DNA of 56,919 bases, the filler included, from Dimargaris cristalligena (Eukaryota), in the NCBI GenBank assembly GCA_003614675.1. It is 4 parts of 4 records of this genome, joined end to end, with 100 filler letters (N's around TTAATTAATTAA, not from the genome) between each part and the next. Parts side by side here need not be neighbours in the genome. Positions count along the whole stretch, not along the records: positions 14,317 to 28,481 come from ML002960.1; positions 28,582 to 42,698 come from ML002961.1; 2 more parts are not named here. One strand, 5' to 3'. Under the pieces are notes generated by a model. The model was not told where the DNA came from. It saw nothing but the letters and a program-made list of their open reading frames with translations, and made no database searches. Made by a program: the position numbers and the translations under genes. Below are positions 24,121 through 35,483 of this stretch, piece by piece; positions within the stretch are counted from its first letter, which is position 1, and each line of letters starts with the position of its first letter.

Positions 24121-27000
24121 ATGGCCCCGGACTCGAGTGTTCCGAGTAGTAGTCCCCTTATGACCGAGGGGTCTCCGGACCCCACTTCCCCTGACAACCG
24201 CGCTAAACAAGCCTGCGATTTCTGTCGCAGCCGTAAAATTAAATGCGACCGGGTCCGGCCCATGTGCTCGAGTTGTCGACCCCGTAACCGCAACTGTGTA
24301 TATACCCCCACCCCGGCTAAACAACGCCGGTCGCATAAGGATATGCCCCGGTCGCCCGTCCGACTCTTAGCCATTAAACCATGCCCACCCCCCTGTCTGC
24401 CCGTGGTTGCCCCTAATTTGCCCATGGTACCCACCACCAGTGCCTACGCCCCGCCTTCGCCAGGCTCCACTGAGGCCCAGCTAGCCTCTCCGCCACAACT
24501 CCCCCGGGAGTCTGAGCCATTCTCTTCCCCATTGATTGCTCAGGCCTGCTTATCTTCCCCCCTGCCTATCCAGGAATGGTCCCAGGCGTTTGCCGCCGCC
24601 ACCGACGGCACCGCCCTGTCCCGCCGGGCTAGTCCAACGGTAGCCCCCTTGTCTTCACCGGTCTTGTCCCGGTCCCCTTCGCTAAGTGCCCCCATTGATG
24701 TCGAGACGGAGGTAGCCCTGCGAGACGTCCTCTTGGAACGGATTGATCACCTCGAGACCCTCATGCGGACCATGTCCCCCTGGTACGCTGCGGATATGGC
24801 GTCTAGCGATGATGTTGCCGATAATCTGCGGGACTTCCGGGGAGGGGATTTACTCTCCAGTACCCGCGACATTGAAAAATTCTTCGGCATCCAACCCACG
24901 TCCGATGAAAGGACCCCCCGTGCACCCCTTCCTACTGTTGCTGCTTCCTCGCACCTGAAGGCCGTGGAGAACATGGTCTTAGATCATACGGCGGTTCTAG
25001 AGCATATCCAAGCCGTTTTGAGTCCAAAAGTGGGGGAGCTACTTAGTCCCAGTTCATCAATCCCTAGTTCGAATCCCGCCAGTCTTGACCACGACCCTAC
25101 TACGCTCGCGTCTACCGATATGGATGTAGATGTAGATGAAGTAATGGGCGATCCGTCCAGCGATGACGCGGCCCCCGCCAACCAGCTAGCACCGGCCGAA
25201 AGACGCCCTAACCGACCAACGGGTACCGGTCGTATTCTACCCTGGACTCCGGCCCGTTTCCAACGATACCTGGAACACTCGAACTCCAACGTGAATGACG
25301 ACCCCGTCCTGTATCTCTTCGCCAAACTAGGTCATGCCTTTTGGACCAACGAGCTACGGATCTCCTACGAATCCGTCTTTGGGGCAAAGAAACAGCCCAT
25401 ACCGCGCAGCTTATACGTCCCGGACGACCTTTTGTTCCATTCCAATGTCCTGGACCATCTCCTGTTTCTCTTTTGCCGTATTATTTACCCCGTGGGGCCC
25501 CAACTTCATTTTAACCGCTTTATGTTAAGGCGGGCGAAGGGCATTTCCAGCGATGCCGTCCAGCTCGCTATCCCCATGGTTATGGCGCCCATATCCAACC
25601 ACACGGTTTTTCAAAATGTCCCTCCCCATCTCGCCGGCCGGGTCTACTACCACCACTTACGTCCCATGATCCCCGACCTCATTGAGAGTAGTGACCTGGA
25701 CTCGGGCGTCATTTTCATGGTCCTGGGTGAGTATGAGATGGGCCGGGGAAATACCGAGTCCAGTTTCTCCATGATATCCTTGGCCATACGTAAGTTCCAG
25801 TCCCTGCGCATCCATATTATGGACCATCCCCACCCGGCCCCCAAATTTGATCCCCACGACGGCTATCCCGATATGGCCTCCCTGACCGACCCGTTATTAC
25901 GCGAAAACTACCGCAACCTGTGGTGGGGCATCTTCGGCCAGGATGTGATCAGCTCGCTCCTGTTCGGACAGCTCCCTAGCGTGGATATCAATAATATCTG
26001 TATCAATCTACCGGCCCACCCCATCGTGTTTGGCCAACTCTGCCTGGGCAATCTCAGCGACCCCCGGTCGCCGTTTTACCAGGATTCGGCCTACCCCGCG
26101 TTCCTCACGCGACCCATGAGTCGGTACCATACGGAACGAACCTTTGTCGATTTACGCGTCATCAGTCACCGGGTGGCCCAGCTGCGCTATTATAAGGCCA
26201 GTGATCCACTGATGTGGTTCCGGGAGCGTCCCCATATTAACCAGCAACTGGAGAGCTGGTTCCTGGATTGTCAGGACGAACTCAACCCCCAGTGCCGTAT
26301 GAGCCTTCTTAACGTGTCCCCCAAGATTTACCGCGAGTACCTTATCTTCTGCCTCCATGTACGGATCACTTACTTCATGACCGTCATCTTCCTGAATTAC
26401 ACCGGGGATATGAATCCGTGGCCCTTTACGCCCGCTGCCCCTCCCTCCGCCCCGGGCGAGTCGAAACCACCATCAGCCGGGGACAGCACCAGGGATCACC
26501 ATCCCGCCCCCGCCGACGGATCGTTCGACCCGGCTAGTTTAACGAAGGAAACGGGACAGGCCGACTCCGATAGTAATAGTAGTAGCAATAGCAATAGCAG
26601 TCGTACTCACGAAGATCACCACAACCAGCAGCAGCAACAGCCCCTTACTCAGCTAGACCCGGACGGGTCCATTGAGCGGGATTGTCAAGAACGGTGTTGG
26701 AAGGCGGTTCAGGAACTCCGCCGGGTGATTGAACAGTCCATGTCGGTTCCCAATTTCTTCCAAAATACCCTTTTTTTAGGGGCCTTCTACGCCGCTGCCG
26801 TGGTCTGCATCGAAACCATCCAGCGCTCGGACGACCGGGAACGGATCGAATGGGCGCAGCAATTCGTCGAAGAAATCATCAGTTTCCTATCGCAGTTTGG
26901 TCAGCTTTGGGTCACCAATCTAAAAGCCGTCCAAACGATCAAACAATTGCGCGAATCGTCCGCTGACTCGTCCAAGCCCCTTACCCTGGCCTTTAACTGA
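24121..27000 (+). CDS. Zn(II)2Cys6 fungal transcription factor with fungal-TF middle homology region (intronless, ~959 aa)
   Basis: ACDFCRSRKIKCDRVRPMCSSCRPRNRNCVY; coiled coil LLERIDHLETLM; RENYRNLWWGIFGQD..SLLFG. The first ATG is at 24121 (the ORF-track start is TTG). Confidence 0.92.
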   Translation: MAPDSSVPSSSPLMTEGSPDPTSPDNRAKQACDFCRSRKIKCDRVRPMCSSCRPRNRNCVYTPTPAKQRRSHKDMPRSPVRLLAIKPCPPPCLPVVAPNLPMVPTTSAYAPPSPGSTEAQLASPPQLPRESEPFSSPLIAQACLSSPLPIQEWSQAFAAATDGTALSRRASPTVAPLSSPVLSRSPSLSAPIDVETEVALRDVLLERIDHLETLMRTMSPWYAADMASSDDVADNLRDFRGGDLLSSTRDIEKFFGIQPTSDERTPRAPLPTVAASSHLKAVENMVLDHTAVLEHIQAVLSPKVGELLSPSSSIPSSNPASLDHDPTTLASTDMDVDVDEVMGDPSSDDAAPANQLAPAERRPNRPTGTGRILPWTPARFQRYLEHSNSNVNDDPVLYLFAKLGHAFWTNELRISYESVFGAKKQPIPRSLYVPDDLLFHSNVLDHLLFLFCRIIYPVGPQLHFNRFMLRRAKGISSDAVQLAIPMVMAPISNHTVFQNVPPHLAGRVYYHHLRPMIPDLIESSDLDSGVIFMVLGEYEMGRGNTESSFSMISLAIRKFQSLRIHIMDHPHPAPKFDPHDGYPDMASLTDPLLRENYRNLWWGIFGQDVISSLLFGQLPSVDINNICINLPAHPIVFGQLCLGNLSDPRSPFYQDSAYPAFLTRPMSRYHTERTFVDLRVISHRVAQLRYYKASDPLMWFRERPHINQQLESWFLDCQDELNPQCRMSLLNVSPKIYREYLIFCLHVRITYFMTVIFLNYTGDMNPWPFTPAAPPSAPGESKPPSAGDSTRDHHPAPADGSFDPASLTKETGQADSDSNSSSNSNSSRTHEDHHNQQQQQPLTQLDPDGSIERDCQERCWKAVQELRRVIEQSMSVPNFFQNTLFLGAFYAAAVVCIETIQRSDDRERIEWAQQFVEEIISFLSQFGQLWVTNLKAVQTIKQLRESSADSSKPLTLAFN

Positions 27001-28099
27001 TTCCTGGGGGGGATATGCCCTAATTTTTTATTTATTTACTGAACTTCGGCGGTGAGGCCTGGGACATGCTCTCTCCCTCCCCCTTTTTTGCTTCGTCAAT
27101 TACCGCCGTCGGTCCATGTCCATCACCACATATGGACATTGGCCTATTCACTACCCAATTGTTACCGATACGTTTTGAACGGGCTATTTATTAACTAGGG
27201 GCGGAGGAAAAGTAAAGAAGCGATTTTTCGTTGCTTTTTTGTTTTATTTTGTTTTTTGGTGTATAACAATGCCCTCCCCCCTTTTTTTATCCGATTTATA
27301 TACCGCCCACTTGTACATTTAACACCTCCTTTGTCCAAAATGTGCCCCATGTCAATTATTTGGAATGCATTTGTTTCTTCTGCATCGCGTCAACTCGAAG
27401 AAATTAAATATATCTATATTTCTAATTCACATTGGGTTGCTGTAGTCGGATTGGATACCCTCACCCTCTATAAATAATGGGCAGAGACACCACAGGATAC
27501 TGAAGATAGCCCCCTCTATCCTGGGACCAGATGTAATAATATCTTTGGCCGTATTTATGAAATCATTGTTCTGTGTAGGAAGGGCAATAACCTGTGAATG
27601 GCCTCTGGATACTTCGGAGTATTTTTCGATTCAGAGATTTATGTAGACGACATGGAAAAAGTCAAGATGCGTAAAGCACTGCTTACCCCAACTGTAACTA
27701 TATAGCGGGAATAAATGTAGCGGTTTCCCAAAAGACATTAAGGGTAAACGCGTAGTAATGTTGAATTTATTAGTGGCATCAGGCCCCTAATACAGCGTAT
27801 AGCTAGTGTTGGTGTCAAAGAAATAATGATATAAAATTATATAGCCTAGCTCCCTTCCTTCATTTCAGCCCATACCAAATCTGACATGGCGCATGCACTT
27901 TATAACAAGCGCTCCCTCCCATCACTTTCCCTCTTTCCGGTATTCTTTCTCCGCACTCCGCAAGGTTATTGATTAAATTAAAATGGGTCAAAAAGGAGGC
28001 AGCCATGTAAAACGACGTAAATAAAGGGGTTTCCTAACAATTGGATAATGTGGTATTCCCCACTGGCTTTGTCATTTTAGGCTACAGTGGCGGAATCTG

Positions 28100-28414
28100 T
28101 TAGCCTGCAAATGTAATGCCTCGCCCCGGGGATCCGGGAGGAGTGACGATTTGCCTGCCGGGTTGAGAAGACCCAGGGCGAGACACGGAAGTTGGCCCAG
28201 ACCTTCGTAAATTTGGGGATTCAGGCCGAGAAGGGGACGGTGATGGCGACATCTCTTGCGGGGATACTGATCGATTACGACTGGAGCGAAACATACTGCG
28301 AATTGTGGGTAACGTCGTAAGGGGATCAATGATTGTTATTAATATTTGAAATGTAAATAAGAAGTCGTGGCTACTTGCTGCTTCACCCTCGATGACTTCT
28401 TCAATACACAACGA
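28100..28414 (-). CDS. Probable 3' exons (28414-28379, 28295-28100) of a gene truncated by the linker; Ser/Pro-rich tail
   Basis: TAG and CAG acceptors and a GCAAGT donor give in-frame RCVLKKSSRVKHMFRSSRNRSVSPQEMSPSPSPSRPESP...stop. Identity unknown; loosely like a CTP:phosphocholine cytidylyltransferase SP-rich tail. Confidence 0.35.
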   Translation of the reverse strand, partial: SLCIEEVIEGEAASSHDFLFTFQILITIIDPLTTLPTIRSMFRSSRNRSVSPQEMSPSPSPSRPESPNLRRSGPTSVSRPGSSQPGRQIVTPPGSPGRGITFAG

Positions 28415-28481
28415 CTATAAGGGTTTTTATTTTATAAATGCTTAAGGACCAAAATGAATAATATATGCTGCTAGGGTTTTT

Positions 28482-28581
28482 NNNNNNNNNNNNNNNNNNN
28501 NNNNNNNNNNNNNNNNNNNNNNNNNTTAATTAATTAANNNNNNNNNNNNNNNNNNNNNNNNNNNNNNNNNNNNNNNNNNNN
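28482..28581. other. Artificial contig linker
   Basis: Same N44-TTAATTAATTAA-N44 spacer. Confidence 0.98.
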
Positions 28582-29701
28582 CGTTACACCGTTCACCCAC
28601 ATTGATGAAATTGGACGATTCGTCGTAGATGAGGGGTTCCAAACCCGATAGCAGCAGTTTCGAGTCCCCGAGCGATGGGGGTGGGATGCGAGGCGCATAG
28701 TTCCGACAGGCATCGGCAATGGCTTTAATGTGAGCGGGCGTGGTACCGCAGCAGCCCCCGATAATATTGACCAGACCGTCCCGGGCGAATTCCGCCACCT
28801 GAACGGCCATCTGGGCCGGGGATTCGTCGTATTCGCCAAAGGTATTGGGCAGACCGGCGTTGGGGTAGCAAATCACGTAATCCGACGTGAAATTAGCGAT
28901 ATTCTGCACGAAGGGGCGCATCTGAGAGGCCCCCAGCGCGCAGTTAAGCCCAATGGCCGCGGGTTTGGTATGGGACAGGGAAATAATGAAGGCCTCGCCC
29001 GTTTGACCCGACAGGGTCCGCCCACTCTGGTCCACGATGGTACCCGAGATAAAGATCGGGACCCGGGGGTAGGTGCCGTTTTCGAACAGAGTTTCAATGG
29101 CGAAGAGCGCGGCCTTGGCATTGAGGGTATCAAAAATGGTCTCGACCAGGATGATATCGGCGCCCCCGTCGAGCAAACCCCGCACCTGTTCGGTGTAGGC
29201 GATGACCAGTTCGTCAAAAGTCACGTTACGGAAGGCCGGGTTTTCCACCGATGGTGAAATGGAACAGGTCCGGTTCGTCGGACCCAGGGCTCCGCACACG
29301 TACCGCGGCCGGTCGGGGGTTTCCGCAGTCACATCCTCACACGCCCGCTTGGCCAGCTGGGCGGCCACTTTGTTGAGCTCGTAGGCCAGGTCCTCCATGG
29401 CGTAGTCGGCCTGGGCGATGGAGGTGGACGAAAAGGTGTTGGTTTCGATCAGATCCGCGCCCGCCCGGAGGTAATTCAGGTGGATCTGGTAAATGGCCTC
29501 GGGCTGGGTCAGGACCAGCAGGTCATTGTTGCCCTTGACGTCCTTGGGGTGGTCTTTGAACCGGTCGGAACGGAACTGGGCTTCGCTGAGGCGCAAATCC
29601 TGGATCTGGGTGCCCATGGCCCCGTCCAGGAAGAGAATGCGCTTCGGGAGAGCTTCGGCCAGGTAGGCGGTCGCAGAAGGGCGAACGGTAGGGGCAGCCA
29701 T
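28582..29701 (-). CDS. metH: Cobalamin-dependent methionine synthase (MetH/MTR): homocysteine-binding domain and start of pterin domain; 3'-truncated by the contig edge
   Basis: [68 protein letters not shown], Zn ligands GLNCALG and [20 protein letters not shown] at 29701. Confidence 0.96.
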
Positions 29702-30037
29702 GGTTCCCAAAATGCGGTGGGTATTTGACGGGGGAATGGAGTAGATATAGTTATTTTTTTGTTCTAAAAAAAGACAAGTGAGAAGCACAAGAGTGCGAAG
29801 GTGTGTTGTCGGGAAATAAAAGAAGTTGGGTATAATGAGCCGGAGTTTATATTCGAGTGGCAAAGGCAAATGGTATAGGAATGGGCTTCGGTGGCCATAT
29901 AAACAAGTCCAGCCTAATGTCACTTCGTATTAATCCCATCGGTGATTTGATGAGCTGATTTATATCACTTCCCAGGATCCCCGTGCTCTTTAGCTGGGAG
30001 ATTATAGGCTCCTGCACTATCCTGCTGATATTAGCGA

Positions 30038-30046
30038 ATGACTCAT
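30038..30046. promoter_or_regulatory. Perfect Gcn4/CpcA (AP-1) consensus ATGACTCAT ~340 bp upstream of MetH
   Basis: Exact 9-mer in the MetH upstream region; function is inferred only. Confidence 0.4.
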
Positions 30047-30805
30047 GATTTACTGCGCCTTTCTAGTTGGAGAATGGGTCGCAGCCCATGCCTTAGTTCT
30101 AGAGCAGGTCAATATTTGTCCACCTGTAGCTAACTGGTAAAAAGATCGACTCTCTGACTTTTGGTATATCGGATATATTCTTAGCTTGGCTATTATCTAA
30201 TTCAATGGTCAACCACCTTAAATATGAAGGATTTCGTCAAATACAGCCAGGTAGATAAGCGTCAAATTGGAGACCATTATCCATGGAGCCTGGATGGGCA
30301 GTGGCTTTCTACAAATATTGCAGCGATTTCTCCTGCATAAATATGCTCGCTTGATTGCTATGACCTACCTCAACCATCTAAAACATAACCAATTACAATT
30401 CAACTTGCACTATTGGGGTATGTTATTATGTGACCTGTATCCAGGCGCGTGGAATGGGGGGGGGGGTTTGAGAGCTATACTGATCAGCCGACTTGTACGG
30501 ATTAGTTATAGACTGGAATGGAACACATAACATTTCATTGGCATTTACTAGCTCGACTAACCACCACTTCTAGGATCTGTCCATTATACTCGGAACTCTT
30601 CAATACTTAATCGCCACAGGTCGTGGTCGCATAGGATTGTGGTCAAATTTAGGTGATTTACTAAAAACCATATTGGTAAAATTTCATACTAAAATAAAAT
30701 GTGTTTGGGCTTTTGGCCACACTAAGCCATCTAAGGCTTAAGTCGCACGGCAAAATGAAGTGCAAAAAAATAATAATATACAAGGTGGCAATGTTGTGTT
30801 ACACA

Positions 30806-33800
30806 TCAGTAAAAAAATTGAACCGACGCACCAATCTGAAGAGCGTGTGGAAATCGCGACCGGCTAGCTACGTGGCGAAGGTGTTGGCCGAAATTTACTT
30901 TTCCCTAAGAGTCAATAATCATGGAAATTTGGTTCACATCCAATCGAGGTTAATTTTTGCGAGTCTCTAGGTCTGGTACGGGCTGGGTTGCTAGTATTTT
31001 AAATGCCCCACATCGCCCGGCTGCCATGCCCCAATCATAACCATATATATAGGAAAACAGCGCAGGATTCTGGCAACACCCATTACGTTTCTGGTCCAGT
31101 ATTACTTACCTGATCGTTCCGATGCACCGATAGCGTCGAAAAGGGTTCTTTGGAGATCTGGCCCGTCTCCTGGTCAATGCAAATCATCTGGCACCGTTTG
31201 CATGGTTTAACAGTCTAGTCCCGGTGGAATTTAGGATAGTTTAAGGTTAGTACTTCGAAGGAGTTCTAGCAGTCCAGTGGGCGAGTCCTTGAAACCGACG
31301 GTGCTATAAGAATCATTATTCGTGATCCAGAGGAGGTATAACGGTAACTTACTTCATAATATTGTCCACCGATCATCACTGCCTTCCAGCCATCTTCTGC
31401 AAATGGTACCAAATCCGATTCGCTCCCAATCACTATATTGGCACGAAACCTGGGAAGATAAGTGCAGGAGGATTCTTCTGGCCTAGACTTCGGCTCGATG
31501 TCTAGGGCCTCATCCGATCGCTGGCGTACCCAGCGGCCCAGCTCGGCGGCACTGTTTTCCGAAACCAACAAGTAGGAAGACTCGTTGGCGAATGACCGAC
31601 CTGGTTGGCGGTGTGGGGTTGAGTATGGGTCGGTACTTCCCACTAAACTATCCGGTATATCTGTCGGCGAGGGATATCCGTTGGTATCCGGTTGAAGGGG
31701 TGATAATTGGCGTACAAGGTAGCAAGGAAATCCCATTACCGAAGAAAACCAGTCATTGATTCGCTCAGAGAGATACCGTATAGAATGGGTCTGGTCCCCA
31801 CACACTCGACAGTCGGCGACCTCAGATGCAGATTTGTGGTCACTTAGGCCAATTCTTAAATCGGGGTGGTCTTGCGTATTGAAGCGTAACGAGTAATATA
31901 TGCATTTAGATAAAATAGGCAGGGTAAATAAACTTAAGGGCGTCCTAGTAGTTAAGTACGACGGGCGATGGTGCTAGGTGTTTCTTCCTTGGGTAGCAGC
32001 TATATTACGGCTAGTACAAGCGAAGTAACCAAGTTAATTCTTATTATCAATCTTAACTTTACCTGGTGCAGAAACCTTCAGGGTTTGGGTGTGAGTGTCA
32101 ACCACTGGCCGGACCAAACACATCCTAGGGTATCTATGGGAAACATGGAAAGCGACGGTACAGCAAGCGGAGAAGGGTATATGATTAAAATATAAAGTCA
32201 TAAGCGTGTCCAGGTGGGCGGACATATTATAAGTATGGGAATGGCACATACATGTCCCAGCAAATAAGGGAAGTGGGTTGATACCCCCGTCCAATTTTAC
32301 TATGGATGGCACGGGGTAATTTAACTGGTTCCACCGTCAGCGAGATGGTGGATTATCATACCTTTTTTGCCCGATTGCTCGGTGAGTTCGCGCATCGATC
32401 ACTGACCAAGCTCGATCATACATCAGCCCATGTTCGGTTACGGGCCAGGATTTATCGGGGTGGATTGACATGCCATGACAGGATTTTATAGGGACTGATT
32501 AGAATCAGCAACCACCAAGGAGAACCCGATTATATATATAAGGTAAGATCCAGAAGCAGGTTAATAGGTTAATCGTGTAATTCCTCATTACGTATAGAGT
32601 TGGTTACAGACACTGTACTTTGTCATCGTTATAATTTTAACCCTTACAAATTGCTAAACCACGGAGCCGAATATCCGCAGTGGCGGGGTTGATTGTCGGC
32701 TTTGCTATCAGATTTTGGGAGCTCTGAGTCAGATCGATGCTCGATTCTAAAAACTGGGTGGCGAGGAATCGAATCCACCGGTCCACATCTTCAAAGCGGC
32801 TGGATGCCCCAAAAGAAATTCGGACCGAGCCCGTGGGCTGATTATCCACCAAGTCATGGTCATCCCAACACACATGTCCACGCTAAATAAATGGTATATA
32901 TACAGGAGTCCACCAAGTAAGAATTGTATCAGTTAGAATGCCATTAATGGGGAGTAACGATTGAGAATATAGTTAACTGTTGGGATACAGGGCTTCTTAA
33001 CCAACCTATTGTTCCTATTCCCTTTCCTTTTAAAATACCAGTTAGGTTACCTCTAAGTTGCTTTTGATTTGACCGGGCGTTAGCTGAAGCCAATGTTCCT
33101 GGGCCCCTGGGTTACACGCCCCACCTGTTCGAATGGCCAGTCGGTATAAAGTAGCCAGTTGGGCCACTTCGGCATAGCCGATCCAGTTCCCGTCGCCACG
33201 GCGCAAGTTGAAGTTTAAGATGGGGCCCTGGTGGGCCAGCCATAGAGTTATTAATCCGGCGGGATCTCCTAGGTTAGGTTGGGTGGCTAGTTGAACCAGG
33301 GCCGGGTCCAGGTACCATGTGCACAGGGGTTGGCCCGTAGGATGCACCAGTTCCTGGGCCATTCGGCGGAGCGAGTAGATGCTTAGGGCGGCTGTGTGGA
33401 AGGCCAACCGGGGCGCGGGACTAAACAGCATCTGCCAGCGATTCATGGCATGCTGTAGGGCAATAATGTCCCCGTAGTTGACGGTACCATCCTCGAACTT
33501 ATCGCTGAGCTGAGACCGGTAGCGCTGCCAGGGTTCACTGGCTATCGCTGCTGTTACAGTTCCTCCACCAAAGTAGCTCTTTTGGAAGTAGGGGGCTAAG
33601 CGATTATGTACGATCAGGGCCCCCAGGCCGGTGGGGAAACCGAATACCTTGTAAAAAGATAGGGCGACCATATCAACGGAATTTTCGTCGCTGTTGAGGT
33701 TAAGTGTGGACGTGGTGAGGTAAGAGGCGGCGTCTAGCAAGACCCACCAGGGACCCTTGGGGAGATATTGTAGGGCCCTCCTACATGGCTTGGTCGAAGC

Positions 33801-34805
33801 CCGTTGCTTGATCTGTGTAGACCAGCTTAGTGGAAAACGTGCCCCACTATAGTTACACTGGGCCGGGTAGGCGAATAGATGAAAGGGGTTGTTGGTTGGA
33901 ATGTCACTGTTATCATCCGGATCAATGGTGGATGTGGCCATCATTTTCTGAGAGAGGGCTGTAGGATTCCCTAAACATGCATCGACTTGATTGGTCGACA
34001 GGCACTTGGTATGGGCGCCAGCCTTTAAAGCCAGCTCTCTAACCCCAAGTAGTGAAGTATGGGCCATATCGTGGTACCAAAAATGACTGCCATCGCTATT
34101 CGATGGGGTTGGGCCCGTAACGACGTCATTTAGGCCCCTAGCAGCCGACTTCTGCCAGGGGAAGCATTCCCCCGCCAACTTAAGGGCCGCCGTCGCATTG
34201 GCCGTGAAAATTACCGAGTAGGTCCGTTCGGTGGTACCCAGCCAGGCCAGCACGGCTGTTCGAACTGCTTGGACCCGGTCGGCGGTGGCTAATGAAACTC
34301 GGCTCTGGGAGTGGGGATTACCGAATAGACTCTGGCACATGGTTTCGCTGAACTCGCGAATGGCCGTCTGGCTGGGGACTGTGGCCCCGGCATGGTCAAG
34401 GTAAACGTCGGGGCCTGTACCAAGAGGAGCAAAGAGGGAGGGGGGTATTGAAGGCAGTTATTCATAGTCCACTACTAGTTAGCAATAGGCACTCTCGCAT
34501 TGCGCCAGGGTAAGGGGGAATAGAAGGATATTGTCGGGGCCAGCCTACGAATACCATTTACTGTACTCGGAATGGGTCAGGCAGTGACAGTCAGGGGCCG
34601 GGACTAGCCCTGGGGGCCTGCCTTTGGGGCTTAGGCCTCTAAACCAAAAAGCAGGCCTAGGTCGTCAACAATGGACCAGCCTGTGCATGACGAACTTGCC
34701 TAGGGTTTGGCTGAATTCTGCTTGGGCAATGGTGTCTATGTCGGGGTTGTAGAACTCGGCCCATTGGTCTAGAAACGCCTCTTTGGCGTCCACGGGGGAG
34801 GTCAT
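30806..34805 (-). CDS. hxB: Molybdenum cofactor sulfurase (HxB/ABA3/MOCOS; NifS-like + MOSC domains); exons 34805-34700, 34414-33051, 32882-32648, 32494-32362, 32133-32063, 31870-31353, 31214-31110, 30904-30806
   Basis: VYLDHAGAT, FTANATAALKL, LLDAAS, PLP lysine in SFYKVFGFPTGLGAL, RTGGACNPG, GHVCWDD..TGSVRISFG, FPIKSC, DRAWSV, FANES, RFRANIV, CKRCQMICIDQETG. Phases are consistent; intron 1 has a GC donor. Confidence 0.92.
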
Positions 34806-35042
34806 CGTTCAAGGGAGGAGTTGGTGTATAAATAGGGGGGATATGAATGGTTGACAGTAATGAGCCGGGTTGCGAATGAGGGAAATGGGCTTGAGTAAGG
34901 AAAGGTATTCAGGACTAGACTAGCTGTGCGATACTGAGAGGGGGAGTCTACTATTTGAGTCGACCCGACCCAACATCGCTGCCGCATGATGATTATTGAG
35001 CAGTCCTCTAATATAATAGTCAGTCAGTGGTCCTTGTGATCA

Positions 35043-35174
35043 ATATGGGTGAAATTCAAACCAGCTGTATAAGGTTTTACATAATACATGTATGTGAGAA
35101 TACCTGTTAACCAGTAATATTGGCCTCATCCAATGGATTTTTCGTTATACAGCCTGAATGAACTTCTCCCATAT
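35043..35174 (+). repeat. MITE-like element, copy C (in the hxB/GlyRS divergent promoter)
   Basis: ATATGGGTGAAATTCAAACCAGCTGTATAA...TTATACAGCCTGAATGAACTTCTCCCATAT; ~30-bp imperfect terminal inverted repeats. Confidence 0.85.
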
Positions 35175-35483
35175 CATAAAAGACTGGTTCCAAGGAGAGG
35201 GGTGACTTTATCAGTAGCATCGTCTCTAATTAAGTCCCCCTCGCTTCTAGCAGGTACAACCACTAAGGGTGCGCGGGTTCTACACTCCTTACTGTCCAAC
35301 CCAACTGCGGAATCCCTTGGCCTTGAATGAGCCCACCCGTTTCCCCTCCCCCAGCGGCCTCTACTCCACCCTTATTATATTATATTTTATTTCTATACAC
35401 ATACCTTTATATAATATTTATTTACCTAAACCGGGGTTATTTGTTGTCCAAGACTAGTTAGTCATTCGGGTTCACTAAGTGCC

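Noticed and set aside
29702-30300. Cobalamin riboswitch upstream of MetH
   Set aside because: No B12-box or recognisable conserved core.
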